Below, in pieces: positions 35,301 through 48,300 of a stretch of DNA of 64,000 nucleotides (the first letter of the stretch is position 1; the number at the start of each line of letters is the position of its first letter). The notes beneath the pieces are model-generated. The model was not told where the DNA came from. It saw only the letters and a list, made by a program, of their open reading frames with translations, and searched no databases. The stretch spans positions 166,284,001 through 166,348,000 of the forward strand of contig OZ038378.1 in NCBI GenBank assembly GCA_964036045.1, in the 5' to 3' direction. A program made the position numbers and the translations under genes. The stretch is from Eutreptiella sp. 'Long Island Sound 2002' (taxonomy: Eukaryota > Protista > Euglenida).

Positions 35301-35989
35301 GGTGGCGGAAACGGCCGACACCCAGATGGATGTGCCACGGCGTGGTGGGGCGGCGCTCTTTACCCCGCCACCGAAGTGTACTGTGGCGAGACACCCGGAA
35401 CAGCGCCCTCGGCTCCCACGCCTTTGGATTTGCGCGGCACACCAACACAGACAGTGTGCGTCATGTGCGGCAGTCGGTAGGGGAGTGCGGCACTACTATG
35501 CCAGGGACTATGCCCCCGACACCCCACAACCTCGCCCAGGCCCACGCAACAAGGTGCGCCGGGCGGCGACGCGCACCCCGGGGGCCGGGGGCACACCGTC
35601 AGCAAAACGGCACAGAACGCAGCGGACACAGCCGCCTGAAGCCGTCAGGTAGCGGCCTCACAAGCGAGGGAGGGTGGATCCAACCCCCCCCCCCCCCCAA
35701 CCAAGAGAGCATGCACGTAGCTGCTGGACACCACACGGCATGGGCGGGCGGGGACGGAGGTGACATAGCCCCCACGCCCCAAAGGTTCTGGCGTAGGCGA
35801 GGCCCCCCGCCGCAACCCGATCAGGCACCAGAGACATGGACCCAGGCCTTCAGGATTGCACCACTTGTCTTCTATGCCGGCGCCTTAGGTGTCCGCTAGG
35901 GGCCCTGGACCCATGCGGGCCTCCCTCTTTAAAATTGCCCCCCCCCCCCCCCCTCTCTCTCCCCCCCCCACACACCTAGATCAGCCAGA

Positions 35990-36130
35990 TAAAGAGATCA
36001 TCTGGGTTAAAGTGCCCTCACACGTGACTGTAGAAGGAAACAACGAAGCTGACCGCCTAGCCGACCTTGGACGGCTGGCCAGCCCACTGACCCCCGTTTC
36101 ACATACTCCTGCCAAAATTACTGAACCCGA
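35990..36130 (+). mobile_element. RNase H1-type C-terminal fragment (LINE-derived)
   Basis: 'IIWVKVPSHVTVEGNNEADRLA'. Confidence 0.75.
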
Positions 36131-36384
36131 CACCCCCTGTGCCGCACCCCCTGCTAAAAAGGCACGATTGTCCATGGATTTTTCTCTCCACTCTTCTAGC
36201 ACTGCGCGCCAGTTAAATCACCTCGAAGAGAGGTTGTTAGATCAAGCGCAGGCGCGGGCGCAGGCAATAGAATTTTCCCTCTCCTGCGTGTGTACGCTTC
36301 TCATCCATCACTGCCAGTGATATACGGCAATCCCTCAACCTCGAGCCCCTCTCGGACACGGATGCTCACTCAAACCACTCGGAC

Positions 36385-36645
36385 AACACCAGCGGCAGTG
36401 ACAGCGACACCGTCAGCACTCACAGTGCAACAGTGAAATGAGCAACACATACAGCATACAGCACAGGTGTCAGCCAGCCGAGATGGCGCCACCAGCCCCC
36501 AATACACGCTGCCGGAAACACCAGCGACAATGACAGCGACACAGTCAGCCCTCACAGTGCAGACAGTGACACGGGTAATGCATACAGCACAGATGTCAGC
36601 AAGACGCGACGGCGCCGCCGTCCCCCAGCACACACCAAAGACACA
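36385..36645. repeat. Two diverged tandem copies of a ~130-bp unit
   Basis: ACCAGCG.CA.TGACAGCGACAC.GTCAGC.CTCACAGTGC at ~36388 and ~36519. Confidence 0.7.
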
Positions 36646-37069
36646 CACACTGCAGACCCCTCAGAGTGAACCCTGCGCAACAAATTCAACCCCGGATTTT
36701 CCCACGCAGGCACATGCACACAGACATGGTACACACTGCATGTTTGACTGAAAACTGCAACCAGTCACTGCCCCGGGTAAGGCCGAAGGAGTGCCATGCT
36801 GAGCAGCCCGGAAACAGTGGATGTAGTGGTATACAGCCGGCCTTTGGCGAGCGCTCATATTTTCAATGTGATCAGGTATATGATTATCCACAGTACACAG
36901 GTAGACACGATTCAACGCCCACTGCGCTTCCGCGGCACGGTTTAACTGTACATATGATAGAGCACCCCAACCAAGAAGGGGACACATGCCATTGTGTGAC
37001 ACTGCGACTATCGGACTAAGGGCTGCAATTGTCTATGGCGGGGACATTCAGTCAATCAATACCGACCAT

Positions 37070-37700
37070 TGATCCCCCCACACACCTCCAGCATTTGCCA
37101 TTTGCTAGCACCATTTGTCTCAGCCCATTTTACATGGCACAAAGAACACGTCTATGATTGCTCATCCCTACTTGTTCCATGTCATGCAACACACCGCTTT
37201 GAGACTGGAAGGCGGGTTCAAAGCGAATGCCTGCGACCAGTTTTGAGCAATTGGCTCTTCATTGGCATGCATCGGTAACACCACCAGATGCATGCAAGCC
37301 ATGTTGTGGCACGGCATGGCTTGGGAGGGTGGCATCCCATGGCCAATGTCAACATTCCGCTGCTGTGGCTGTACAATAGTTGTTTGTCAATGGCCAATTG
37401 CACCAGCAAGTTCTGGACTCCGCCTTGCTTTACTGCCTCCATTGTCCTATGACAATCTGAGAAGCCGCTGCCGGTGATCCGTTGCGCTTTACGCTTGGAT
37501 GCATCTCCTGCCCAACATCAATCGGACCAGTCGCAATCGCAATCGTTGGCACTTTGATCAATGGCCAATTGCACCAGCAAGTTCTGGACTCCACCCTGCT
37601 TTAATGCCTCCAATGCCTCCATTGGCCCGTGTCAATCCAAGGTGTCAATCTACGGAGCCACTGATAGTAATCTGTTGTGCTTTACGCTTGGATGCATCAC
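37070..37700. repeat. Dispersed copy of the ~500-bp palindrome-rich satellite unit
   Basis: GATTGCTCATCCCTACTTG...GCAAGTTCTGGACTCC from 37156 matches the units at 49590-52180. Confidence 0.9.
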
Positions 37701-38229
37701 AGCACACTAGGCCGTTGGTGTGCTGGGCATAGCTACCGGCGTGGCACTCGAGGCTGCAGCTCGGGGCGCCTGGCCTTGGGGGGGCCATGAGCAACGGATA
37801 CTGAGCTCGCATATACCCCTGTGACATAGGCATATGGTCGTAGCTATGAATCTGAGTACATTGTTTTCACTTGCTGCACTGCCGCGCAAACCCAGGTTTC
37901 CCCAGAAACCCCAGTTTGGCATCACTGCCTCTCTTATCCACAGTGTGCAGTATATATGCCCCCCCACAGGACCGCACGGGCTGAGCGCCCATGCACGCAC
38001 GGCTTAGGCCCACACCCCAGGAGGGGCTGAGGGGGGGGGGACCCCGGCCTCTAAGCGGCGCAAGGCGGAGCAGCCAGTGCCGCCCAGGAGCGACAGGGAG
38101 CGCGCGCCCAAGAGAGGCAGAGTGCAACATACCCCCCCCCCGGGTAAGAGGATGTGCCTGCGTATGTGGGGTGACGCGCAGCACGGCCGCGCAGGGACGG
38201 AGGTTACCTGACCCCCATCTCTCCAAGTG

Positions 38230-38480
38230 GTTCCGACCCAGGCAAGGCCCCCAACTGTGCGCCAGACAGGCAGGCAGGACTGCCTGCTGACCTGGTTATT
38301 GAAGTCGCCACAGGTGACGGGAGGGGCCATCTGACCCATGCGGGTCTCCTTCTATGAAATTATTTGTCCTTCCGTCGTGCCGCGACGCCAGGGGTGGGCG
38401 GTGGTCGGGAGGGGGTCGGCGTCGCCAGACCCTAGCCCATAACCCTCCCGCTTAACCCGTCGCACAGCGTCCAGGACTAT
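38230..38480 (-). mobile_element. Possible LINE APE fragment
   Basis: 'PVTCGDFNNQ' matches the GDFN motif of APE. Confidence 0.4.
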
Positions 38481-39134
38481 AATTGGCCTTTGCCCTCTAT
38501 AAAATTGCCCCCATCCCCCCCACACACACCTCCAGCATTCGCCATTTGCTGGTACTATTATCTCAGCCCATTTTGCATGGCACAAAGAACATGTCTATGA
38601 TTGCTTATCCACCCCCTCCCCCAACCCCATTGTCCTGCCCCACCCCTTGTCCTTCCCCAGGGGGGGGTGGAGGACCGTCACTTGGTCAACAAAATTTTTT
38701 TGTTGCAGCTCACTGTGTGGTTGTGTGGGTGACTGTGTTGTGAGGCACTGCCACTTGTATCCTTTGGCCTCTTGGCAGGAAATTTTGCTCACTTTCGCTG
38801 AAATGGAACTTGACCGCACAACCATGTTTACCCCTGGGACGAATGTAATGTTCATCCGCTCCACAGGGGAAACTGTTTTGATGCAGGTCGTGTGGAGTCG
38901 TTGGATGTTCAGAGCACGGTGATGCATATCGCCCCATCTCTTATGAGCGTGCTGCCACTGCATTCTTTCGTTTTGCAGTGCAATTTCTGTGCGTGAAAAT
39001 GTGCATGTATGGTGGTAGTGCGGTTCAGGTGCGGTTCAGAGCGGGAGGTGGGGGACCGTCACTTGGCAACCGTCCCCCAGGGGTTGGCGGGGGATGGTCT
39101 TCCCTCGGGTGGGCCCGGACAGGGGGGGGGGTGT

Positions 39135-41400
39135 ACGTGTTCCATGTCATGCAACACACCGCTTTGAGACTGGAAGGCGGGTTCAAAGCGAATGCCTGCG
39201 ACCAGTTTTGAGCAATTGGCTCTTCATTGGCATGCATCATAACACCACCAAATGCATGCAAGCCATGTTGTGGCACGGCATGGCTTGGGAGGGTGGCATC
39301 CCATGGCCAATGTCAACATGCCGCTGCTGTGGCTGGACAATAGTTGTTTGTCAATGGCCAATTGCACCAGCAAGTTCTGGACTCCGCCTTGCTTTACTGC
39401 CTCCATTGTCCTATGACAATCTGAGAAGCCGACGGTGAGCCGTGGCGCTTTCTGCTTGGATGCATCTCCTGCCCAACATCAATCGGACCAGTCGCAATCG
39501 CAATCGTTGGCACTTTGTCCTATGACAATCTGAGAAGCCACCCCCCCCCCCCCCCCCTCCCCCCACACACACCTCCAGCATTCGCCATTTGTTGGCACCA
39601 ATTATCTCCGCCCACAATCCAGTACTGACTGCTCCCCCCCTCCCCTTTGTCCCGTGAGGGTGCTGCCCGCGGATTGCACAGAGTGCACCAGGGCATGTGT
39701 GTTCGGCTGCATCCGTGAGCACGGATGCGCATGTGTGCCGCAAGTCACCACGTGATGATGATGATAAGTTGTCACAACTTGTCCATGGGCTGCTTCCCCA
39801 TTCTTTATCCACAAATTGATTGGTTTGAAATGGGGTTTAGCTGTATCAAAGGCGTTTGAAACTATTTACAATAATTGATAGCGGACCTGGAGCTGGGTTT
39901 GAGAAATGCCTGGGTGGATGTGGGTTGAACATAGTAGACCTGTTTTTGTGTTTTGAATGGGTGAGGCCCCCCAATTGGTGGACTAATGGTGTGTCAAAAG
40001 CCGGGTTGTCAACCTGACCCGGGGGCACAGAGTTTCTGTGCCCTAACTGGTGAGCGAAAATTGTGTCAAGGTCCTACATGGGCCGAGCAACCACCACGTG
40101 GGTCCCCAAGGGTGGTGCAATACCCTGATTGTTACCAAATAATCACCCAAATCCATCTCAAATGAGATACAAGGGTTGCAGAAAAAATCCAAAATTCGCA
40201 AATTTTTACATCCACTAAACGGCCTAAACAACACCAATTCTAGGGCTTTCGGGACCGCTCTGCTCAAGAACTGCCCCCTGGTTCCGCGGTCGAATTTTCC
40301 ACATCACCTTTTTTTGCCAGGGTAATGGGTTTTTCATGGTTCTGGTGGATGTGGGACAGCTATTCAGGTGTGCAGGACAACATTTCATGTGTGTTGCTAC
40401 TGGTCCTCCCATCAGGGGGGACCCTATCAGTCAGTCACAGTCGCACATACCCCTTAAACCCCTCCCCCCTGCTCTCGACCCCTTCCCCGAAGCAACCAGC
40501 CCCTGACAAGGAAACAAATAAAAGTCAGTTAAACACAGTTGAACATTAGATCCTTCCATGCACGTTGGAAGGCACACTACAGCCCAGTCAGCTGAGATTC
40601 AGTTCTTTGGTGTTCATTTGTCAGTGTGGTTAAGTGTGGGAAAGGAGAGGGTGCGCATGCTGTAGCGCAACGCGCCGGAACATTTTTTTTCCGCGGTACG
40701 GGGCTGCCCACGGTCATGCGCAAGAACCAACCCCTGGTTCCGCGGTCGAATTTTGGTGCGCATGAACCAACCCCTGGTTCCGCGGTCGAACATTGCCGGT
40801 TCCTGGACACGGGGGGGGGGGGGGGGCTTACCCCCATCTTGTAATCTCCCCCCCTTGCAATCCCCCCTGCCCCCCGGAGGGGGGAACGTCACTTTGACAT
40901 TTCTTCTGGAAACGGTTGGTTGTACTATGCTCTCCTGGAGGTGGTATGGGCGAAGGCTGCCCATGGGGTTTGGGGTGAGGGTCATGTGTTGGATGGAAAG
41001 TTGTACCTTACACGTGACATCTGCAAGCATGACCAGCTTTCCGATCAACTGAAGGTGCCTGTCAAGTCCAAGCCAGCCAAGCCAGCCACCAAAAGGGCTG
41101 GACACCAAGCTGCACAGCCTACCTCGTCTTCCAATCCTCAGCCTATCCCTGAATTGCCCACTGAGCATGTCCAGGAGTTTAAGGCTGTTTGGAGTCTAAA
41201 AAAGAAGTTTCGCACAGTGCCTGTGGAAAGGGCATGCACACAGAAGTAACATCATGGTTCAATGTGATTCACACTACCAGTGTTGTGCATGCACAGCTGC
41301 AGATTTGAAGTGTTACAGTTTGGTGGTGCAATCCCCCCGCCCCCCCTGGGGGGGCAACCTTCACTACATGGGGGGAGGGGGGTTGCAAGGGGGGTCCTGG
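39135..41400. repeat. Block duplicated at ~51905-53360 (satellite unit plus flanking sequence); this copy has extra sequence at ~40075-40825
   Basis: Colinear matches, e.g. CACGTGATGATGATGATAAGTTGTC (39751/52395) and GAAGGTGCCTGTCAAGTCC (41050/52998). Confidence 0.85.
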
Positions 41401-42266
41401 GGGCTAAACCAAGGCCTTTCTGAGTGTTGGATTGGTCTACTGGGCCAGCGCCCATTAACGGTTGATAGGCGTTTGTGGGACTTTGTCAACAAACGAAATT
41501 TGGGGAGTGTGGGTAGTGGACACACATCCAAATAGGTGTGGATAGGCTTGAGCAACGCTGGTGGGCAACGTTCCAAGATGATTCGGTTTAGGTGCATGTG
41601 CCACTCATGACCTCGTGTTAGCCAAAATTCAGAGGAAATAGCATCACGCGAAGCTAGTTTATAATAGATGGGGTCACCCAAGGGGGAAACATCACGCAAG
41701 TGTGCATGTTGTTCATTCAAATATGCATTTGTGGACATCGGCACAAAAGATCCATCCTTGTCACCGGGGACAATGCCGTGGGTGTTCGCCCACTCGTCAA
41801 CCGAAAATCGGTGCCACAACACTCCATGGGAGGTTAGGTCCTCTTGCTCAAAAATGTGCAAATTTTGGTAGCAGGATGTTTTTGCGGCACGTCTTGCATT
41901 TTCAATATCGCCGTACGGGATCTTTTTGAGTACATCATTGTTCGGCATTGTACCTTTTTTCGCACGGAGGGCTTTGTAAGGGAGTTCACGGAAATAATTT
42001 ATGCTATCATCGGGTGGGTGGAGGGTGAAAAACGTGGACCATACCAAGACACGTTCCAACTCAAGAAATTCCTTATTGAAATGCTTGACCCAACGGCGTA
42101 GGTCATTTTTGGGGTGAACGAACGGCGTGTATTTACCCCCAAGGCGGAGAAGAAGGGAAATGTATCCGTTCGGTTCCACAATGTTGTCACCGTTCAACGC
42201 CCCGATTTCGTGATCGTGTTGTAAATCCGGCAATGAGCTCTCCCAACGGCGGTTCCGGCGTTTCAT
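41390..42266 (-). mobile_element. Penelope-like retroelement RT, N-terminal fragment
   Basis: 'LLLRLGGKYTP' (LxLGxKF), 'VPGDKDGSFVPMSTNAY' (ADKG..V.M...Y) and 'PKFRLLTKSHK....WPSRPI' (P.FY.LPK.HK...P.RPI). Truncated before the catalytic motifs. Confidence 0.78.
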
Positions 42267-43379
42267 CCTTTTCCAGTGTTGTGCCCGCTCCTTCCTTTTT
42301 GTTTTGATCCTTGGCGGCGGCGGTTGCGCATTGTTGGCTCTTCTATCACAAATGTCACGCTCCTTTTTGATGAATTCGTGCTTGATGAGCGGGTACCCCC
42401 TTGATGTGTGGCTCCTTTGGCTCTTTGAGGATCGGTGTGATTTTGAGCTTCTTGTGCTTCTTGAAATTTTGGAACTTCTCGATGTGTTGCTCCCCGAGGA
42501 CTTCCTTGATTTTGTGCTTGCACTTGAAGTACCCGTATTGCGGCGTCCTCACGGCGTTCCCCCGTTTTTGCGTGGATTGCATTGGTTCAAGTTGCACTTT
42601 TCTAAAACAAACACACACACGCATGTGACAATATGACATTTCTTAGATTCTGCAACTGTGTCATGTTGTACACACAAGTTGCGTGTTCTCAATGGAACAA
42701 AAATACAATTGTGTGTTGTTGAGGGTGGCAACCAATGCGCTCGCTGTTCATGGCTCTTCCAGTTGTGCATGATGTGTGTTATGTGAAGGGAAGGTAGTTT
42801 GCATCTTTCTTGAGCTTGGGCAGTTTGGGTCACCTAATTCTAAGGGCGTTTCCAAGTGGTGTGCCTGGGGGCTCTTCGGGGGGAACATAGTCTAAAAGTA
42901 GCACGCAGTGCGCGCGCAGTGCAAGGATTCCCCCATCTAGGATAGATTTCAATGACAGACGGTCATAGGGAGTGGAGAAGGAGAAATTGGTACGCAGGTA
43001 ATCAGCCGGACACCGATAAAGGACCAAAGGATGTGAAGGGGTCGGGTACAGAGCACGTGTGACGGTGAAGGTGTCCTTCCACCACCCTGTTTAAACTGCC
43101 TTTTCACCTATGATGGGCCGTCCAAAGAGAGGCAACGGCATTACACACCACAAGTGAGCTAGAAAGGGCACTGCTTAAAGAGAGGAAGTGCACTGGAGGA
43201 GGATGATGCTGATTCCAATCAGGGAGGATCTAAGATGTGCAAGCCCATACATGCGGGTGTGCGTTGATGACCCGGTAGCACCAATGCAGGGCGTGGCACC
43301 CGTGAGTGCTCATCTCTTGAGAAGTGCAGCTTCATCATCGGCATGCCTTGGTTCATGGAAACACTACAGTGGTGCTATG

Positions 43380-44666
43380 CACGAATATCCGCGGATGGAG
43401 TCGCCTACCAGGGACGCCGTCACGTGGGGCGATGCGCGATTGCCGCTGCAGCCCCCGATCTTCCACTACCTTGGTCACCTTCCGGCACATCCAACCTGGG
43501 AACAAAATGCACGTGATGACTTCGTTGGGACGGCCGCTGTTGATCTAGCGCGATATCAATACCTGCCACTGAACGCTTTCGAGCGGGTGCCGTTGCTAAA
43601 CACCAGCCTGATCCCACGGTGGACGTATCGCACCTTGTTTCTCCCCAACGACTCCATGTTCAAAGCCATGGACTCGCCTGGCACGGGTGCCACGCCCTAC
43701 ATGGCGCATGCCAACTGCGCGGCCAACTCACCATGCCCCCCCCCCCCCCCGCGACCCACAGGTGCCGCCCACGCCGTCCACAGCGATGCCGGCATGGTAC
43801 ACGAGGCTGCCCACGAGCCGTACGACCGAACCCCACGGACTCCGTCCTCCGCAATCAAGTAGGGTATACAGGGGCCTGGGAGAGAACATCGCGGCGGGAT
43901 GGCCGCGCCTCTCAAGAGGCATCCCACCGCAGAGCGGTGCGCACATGGGATCGGCCGCCATCGTACCACACCAGATCATGGGCGGTGAAATATCTCGACC
44001 AGTGCCTCTGTTCCACTGCTGCGGACCCAGGGGCACAGTAGGTAGCCTCGGCGATGCAGTATTTGTCCCAGCCTTGGTTTATGCATCAGCGTGCTGTTCT
44101 CGGGGCCTCACTGCTGGATTCATAGCGCGGCGTGCTAGATGATCTAGTGCGGCAATCATGGCACTGGCACTCCCTTCTGCGACGTGCTAGAGTGTGGACC
44201 ACCTCTGCAGACCGGCACTACCAGCAGCATAACCGAAGGGTTGAGCTCTTTTCAGTGATGAGCCAGTTGTGGGCATCTGAGCGCGCCGCCCACCGGGTGA
44301 AGTCGCCTCTGCCTAAACGCCAGTGCCGCACAAGGCCCGGCATCCTGGGCCAACGCCCGCCACCGGACATGGCCCCGGCAAAGCGACGAAAGCTTGTCAC
44401 CCTTGAGGATCTGTGGGGAATGGCACACACGTGATCCAGCATGTTCTTTCTCCCCCCTAAACTCTTACGCATTATAGGCTTCCCATATGACGTGGCGGTT
44501 TTGCCTACCGCATCAGAGAGCCCTCTGGTATACACATGTGAACTCTGGGTCTTTGCCATGTGCCCCGCGTTGCGGGGATCCACTGCATCATATGCTGGAG
44601 TCGCCCACTTTCCCAAGCATAGTCTTGAGTACTCTTTGAACTTCCGAAGTCAGTAAAAAAAAAAAA
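43380..44666 (+). mobile_element. 5'-truncated, internally deleted LINE insertion with poly(A) tail and 23-bp TSD
   Basis: TSD GGAAACACTACAGTGGTGCTATG at 43357-43379 and 44667-44689, with A12 at 44655-44666. The site is empty in copy 1 (~5408). The sequence matches the reverse complement of the 13961-19250 LINE. Confidence 0.95.
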
Positions 44667-45125
44667 GGAAACACTACAGTGGTGCTATGTGTGTTCCCGT
44701 ATCAAATCGTTGAGTTTCTAGCCAATTGTGCCTGGGTATCCTCTGGCAATCACAGTCCACATGTATTGTGCCATGTGGCGCATCCCTTACCGGGGTAGCC
44801 CGGTGATTGCCCAAGCTTCGCAAACCGGGGAGAGGGTGAGCGCATCAACTGTCCTGACGTTGTAACACAACAATGAGTTGATCCAAAATCATAGGAAAAA
44901 GGGGAAGACAGCAGTGGGACTATCCCAAGAGAGAGTCCGCTCTAACCGATTGACCACTGCGCACGAAAGCATTTGAGCCTGGCAATGGGAACGCACACTG
45001 AACGTATGGTTTGTTGCAGCTGTAGCATACAGTCGGAGCTAGGAGTTGCAGCTCACAGTTTGTGCAAGAGTTGGATGGTGATTGTGGTCCACATTGGAAC
45101 AAGGCTGTAGGACATATGCATACCG

Positions 45126-45127
<2 letters not shown>

Positions 45128-45182
<55 letters not shown>

Positions 45183-45326
45183 TCCACTTTTTTCCTTCTT
45201 CGATTGGAAAAATTGTTTTCTACACTGTGAGTGGTTCTCAACAGCCCAATCTGGTCTACCGGTGGAACGTGGAAGCAACAGAAATATTCTTGTGGCTCTC
45301 GTGTGGTTTCAGGTTCTTCCAAGGCC
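45128..45326 (+). promoter_or_regulatory. (CT)n polypyrimidine tract and candidate trans-splice acceptors upstream of phytochrome copy 2
   Basis: (CT)n run at 45128-45200, then TTTCAG and CCAAG before GCCATGG (ATG 45327). Confidence 0.6.
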
Positions 45327-48300
45327 ATGGCACCAGCCCACGAGGATGCATGTCGGTGGGCAGACGCTGTTTTGCTGTCCAGGCAGTACGAAACAATTTC
45401 GACTGCCAAAAGAGAAGCCTATCGACGGAATTCTTTGTCACTAGAAGATCACAAGCACACTTGTGCCCGAGAAAATATCCACAAGCCAAGCGCTGTGCAA
45501 GGCCATGGCTATCTTTTGGTGATGGAGAGGGCCACGCTTTCGGTTACCCAAGTCAGTGCAAACGTCGTTGACCTGGGCTATGAAATCAACTCTCTCCTTG
45601 GCACGTCTTTGATGGATGTGATTGGAGCAACAGCCTTCGACAACATCCAGACGACAATTGACATTCAAGAGTCCAAGCCAATGAGCAGTTTCCCTGTGGA
45701 ATTCGGTGTTGGAGAACACAGAAAAACGTTTGCAAGCTCCTTCCATGTGCGTGGCACAAGTGCGTTTCTTGAGCTGGAACCTTACGTACCAGTCACTTCA
45801 AGAGGTGTTGATGCTGGAAATGTGCAAGTCCGATGCATGAGTCAGAAGCTGTTAACGGTCGAAAGCAGTGTCGAAGGTTGCCAGCTCTTGACACAAAGTG
45901 TTCAGAGCACAACGGGGTTTGACCGGGTAATGGTCTACATGTTTCACCCTGATCAACACGGTGAAGTCATTGCGGAGACCCTTCGACCTGATTCTGGGGT
46001 GGAGAGCCTCAAGGGGCTGCACTTCCCGGCACATGATATTCCGGAGCAGGCCAGGGCTTGCTTCGTCCGCAACATCTACTCACACATCCCCCATGTGAAG
46101 CATGACGAAATCCCGCTTGTCCCAGTCGATTGTCCCCACAGCATGGAACGTCCGGACATGACGCTGGTGAGCCTTCGATCCGTGGCCCCGGGGTGCACCC
46201 AATACTACCTCAACCTGGGTATTCAAGCATCCTTAGTGGTGTCTCTAGTGGTTGATGGCCAATTGTGGGGCTTGCTGATCTGCCATCATATGTCGCCAAA
46301 ATTTGTCCCATTCTATGAAAGGGTTGCAGCCGCAATGGTCAGTGAAGTCTTGTCCCTGTTCATCAGCGTACAGCAGCGGTTGGAACTTGCACGGCAGCAG
46401 GAAAGCGCTGGACGGGCGCAGCGAAGAATGGTTCACTGCCTGAAGGAGACCCATGACCCGCAGGCAGCATTCGCCGGCGAAAACGGGAATGTTTCTGATC
46501 TATTAAAATGTACAGGGGCCTGCTGTGTGATCGATGGTGTGGTGCATCGATTTGGCGTCACCCCTACTGATGAGGAGATTCTTGAGTTAGTGAGTTTTGC
46601 CTTGGAGCACTCTGGTGGGGTGCTGTGTTCCACAAATCTTCCGGATGTCTACCCCAACGCAGAGAAGTTCAGTGAGCATGCAAGGGGTTGCTTGCTGCAG
46701 AGTGCGTCCACCACAACGAAAGACCTCAAGGAAGGTAGCTTAGTTTGCATCTGGTTTCGGGGATACATTACCCGAAATGTATATTGGGCAGGTGACCCTG
46801 CCAGCAGCTTCATCCCCGGGGGCATGGTCCCCCGCTCATCGTTCAGGCCGTTCAGTCAAACAGAAACGCTCTCTGCCATGCCATGGACACAGAGCGACGA
46901 GCATATAGTCAGCAACTTCGTGCGTGACATCAACCTGCAACTGGCCGAAATCAAGTGCCAGCAGGCGGAGCACCGCCTGAGGCAAATGCAGATGAAGGAT
47001 CAATTCATCGCCAACATCTCCCATGAGATTCGCACCCCTCTTTATGCCATTAACGGCATGGCCGAGGAATGCATAGAGGCGCCGCACCTTCCCAGTGACC
47101 TTCAGGAGCCTGTGGAGTTGATCCATGCCAGTGGCACGTCGCTGCTCAGTCTTCTGAATGACATCATCGATGTAAAGAAGTTAGAAGATGGGAAGCTGCA
47201 ATTGGTGCCCCAAGATGTCAACGTTGTGCAATTGGCACGTTTCTGCCTGAAGATGTTCAGCAAGCAATTGAAGGCCAAGGGCCTGCTTGGGAAGCTGATC
47301 TACACCCCCTCCCTGGAGCATACAACTCTCAGTATCGACAAGACGCGGCTGCAGCAGCTGTACGTCAACCTCATCTCCAATGCACTCAAGTTCACAAACA
47401 CAGGCTCGATTACTGTGCGGCTAACGCACAGCCAAAGCCCGTCCGAGCTGACAGTGTCTGTTGAAGACACCGGCATTGGCATCAAGGACAGCGACCTCCC
47501 CAAGCTCTTTGACAAGTTTGAGCAGGTCGACACCTCCGATAAGCGGGTGTTTCACGGGGCAGGCCTGGGGCTGTACATCGTGAAGCAGATCCTGGACCTC
47601 ATGAATGGCAAGCTGGGGGTCCAATCGGAGTGGCAGAAGGGCTGTCAGTTCTGGTTCAAGGTCTGTGCCCCCTGCAGCTGTGAAAGCAACACCGCTTGGG
47701 CATCCCAGGAGCCATGCGAGGAAGTCGTCATCAAGCCCTCGCCATCCCAAGACATGGAAGCATCCCGGGCCTCAACAACTGCCTTGGTGTCTGGATCCGA
47801 AAGCACAAGGTCGACGGTTGCCTGGGCGTCTGCCTCGAGATCCAGCTCGGAGCCCTCCTCGCTTGCTCGACATTGTGCTGATCCTCCACCGCGCCTGGCC
47901 CTTAAGCCGCTACCTCTCACGCCGGTCCCCAGTCGGGCCCGGCCGAGTCCCAAATCTGCATTCAAGCGGATGTTCCGAGCGGTGTTTTCGACGCGCAGCT
48001 CCGATTCCTGTTCAACGCCCTCTTCGCCTTCCGAGACGCCGGTGCCCCAGGCTTCGACACCAATCTCTCCCTCAGCCCCTTCCAACATGGGCATGCGGAA
48101 GAAGGCCAAGCAGAGGGCGGCACCGGAACCGCCACGTGCGTCGATTCCCATCCAAGTACGTTCAAGGGGAGGCTTACGCCGAAGAATCCTCGTGGCAGAA
48201 GACAACCCTGTGTTGCAGAAGGTCACCTTATCGATGCTGTCGCCCGTGGCAGATTGCGTCATCGTCCCGGATGGCGAAGACGTGCTGGAGAAGTTGGGCG

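Noticed and set aside
41416-41427. 12-nt match to the spliced leader (CTTTCTGAGTGT)
   Set aside because: It lies antisense within PLE RT codons, lacks the SL 3' half, and has no downstream ORF.
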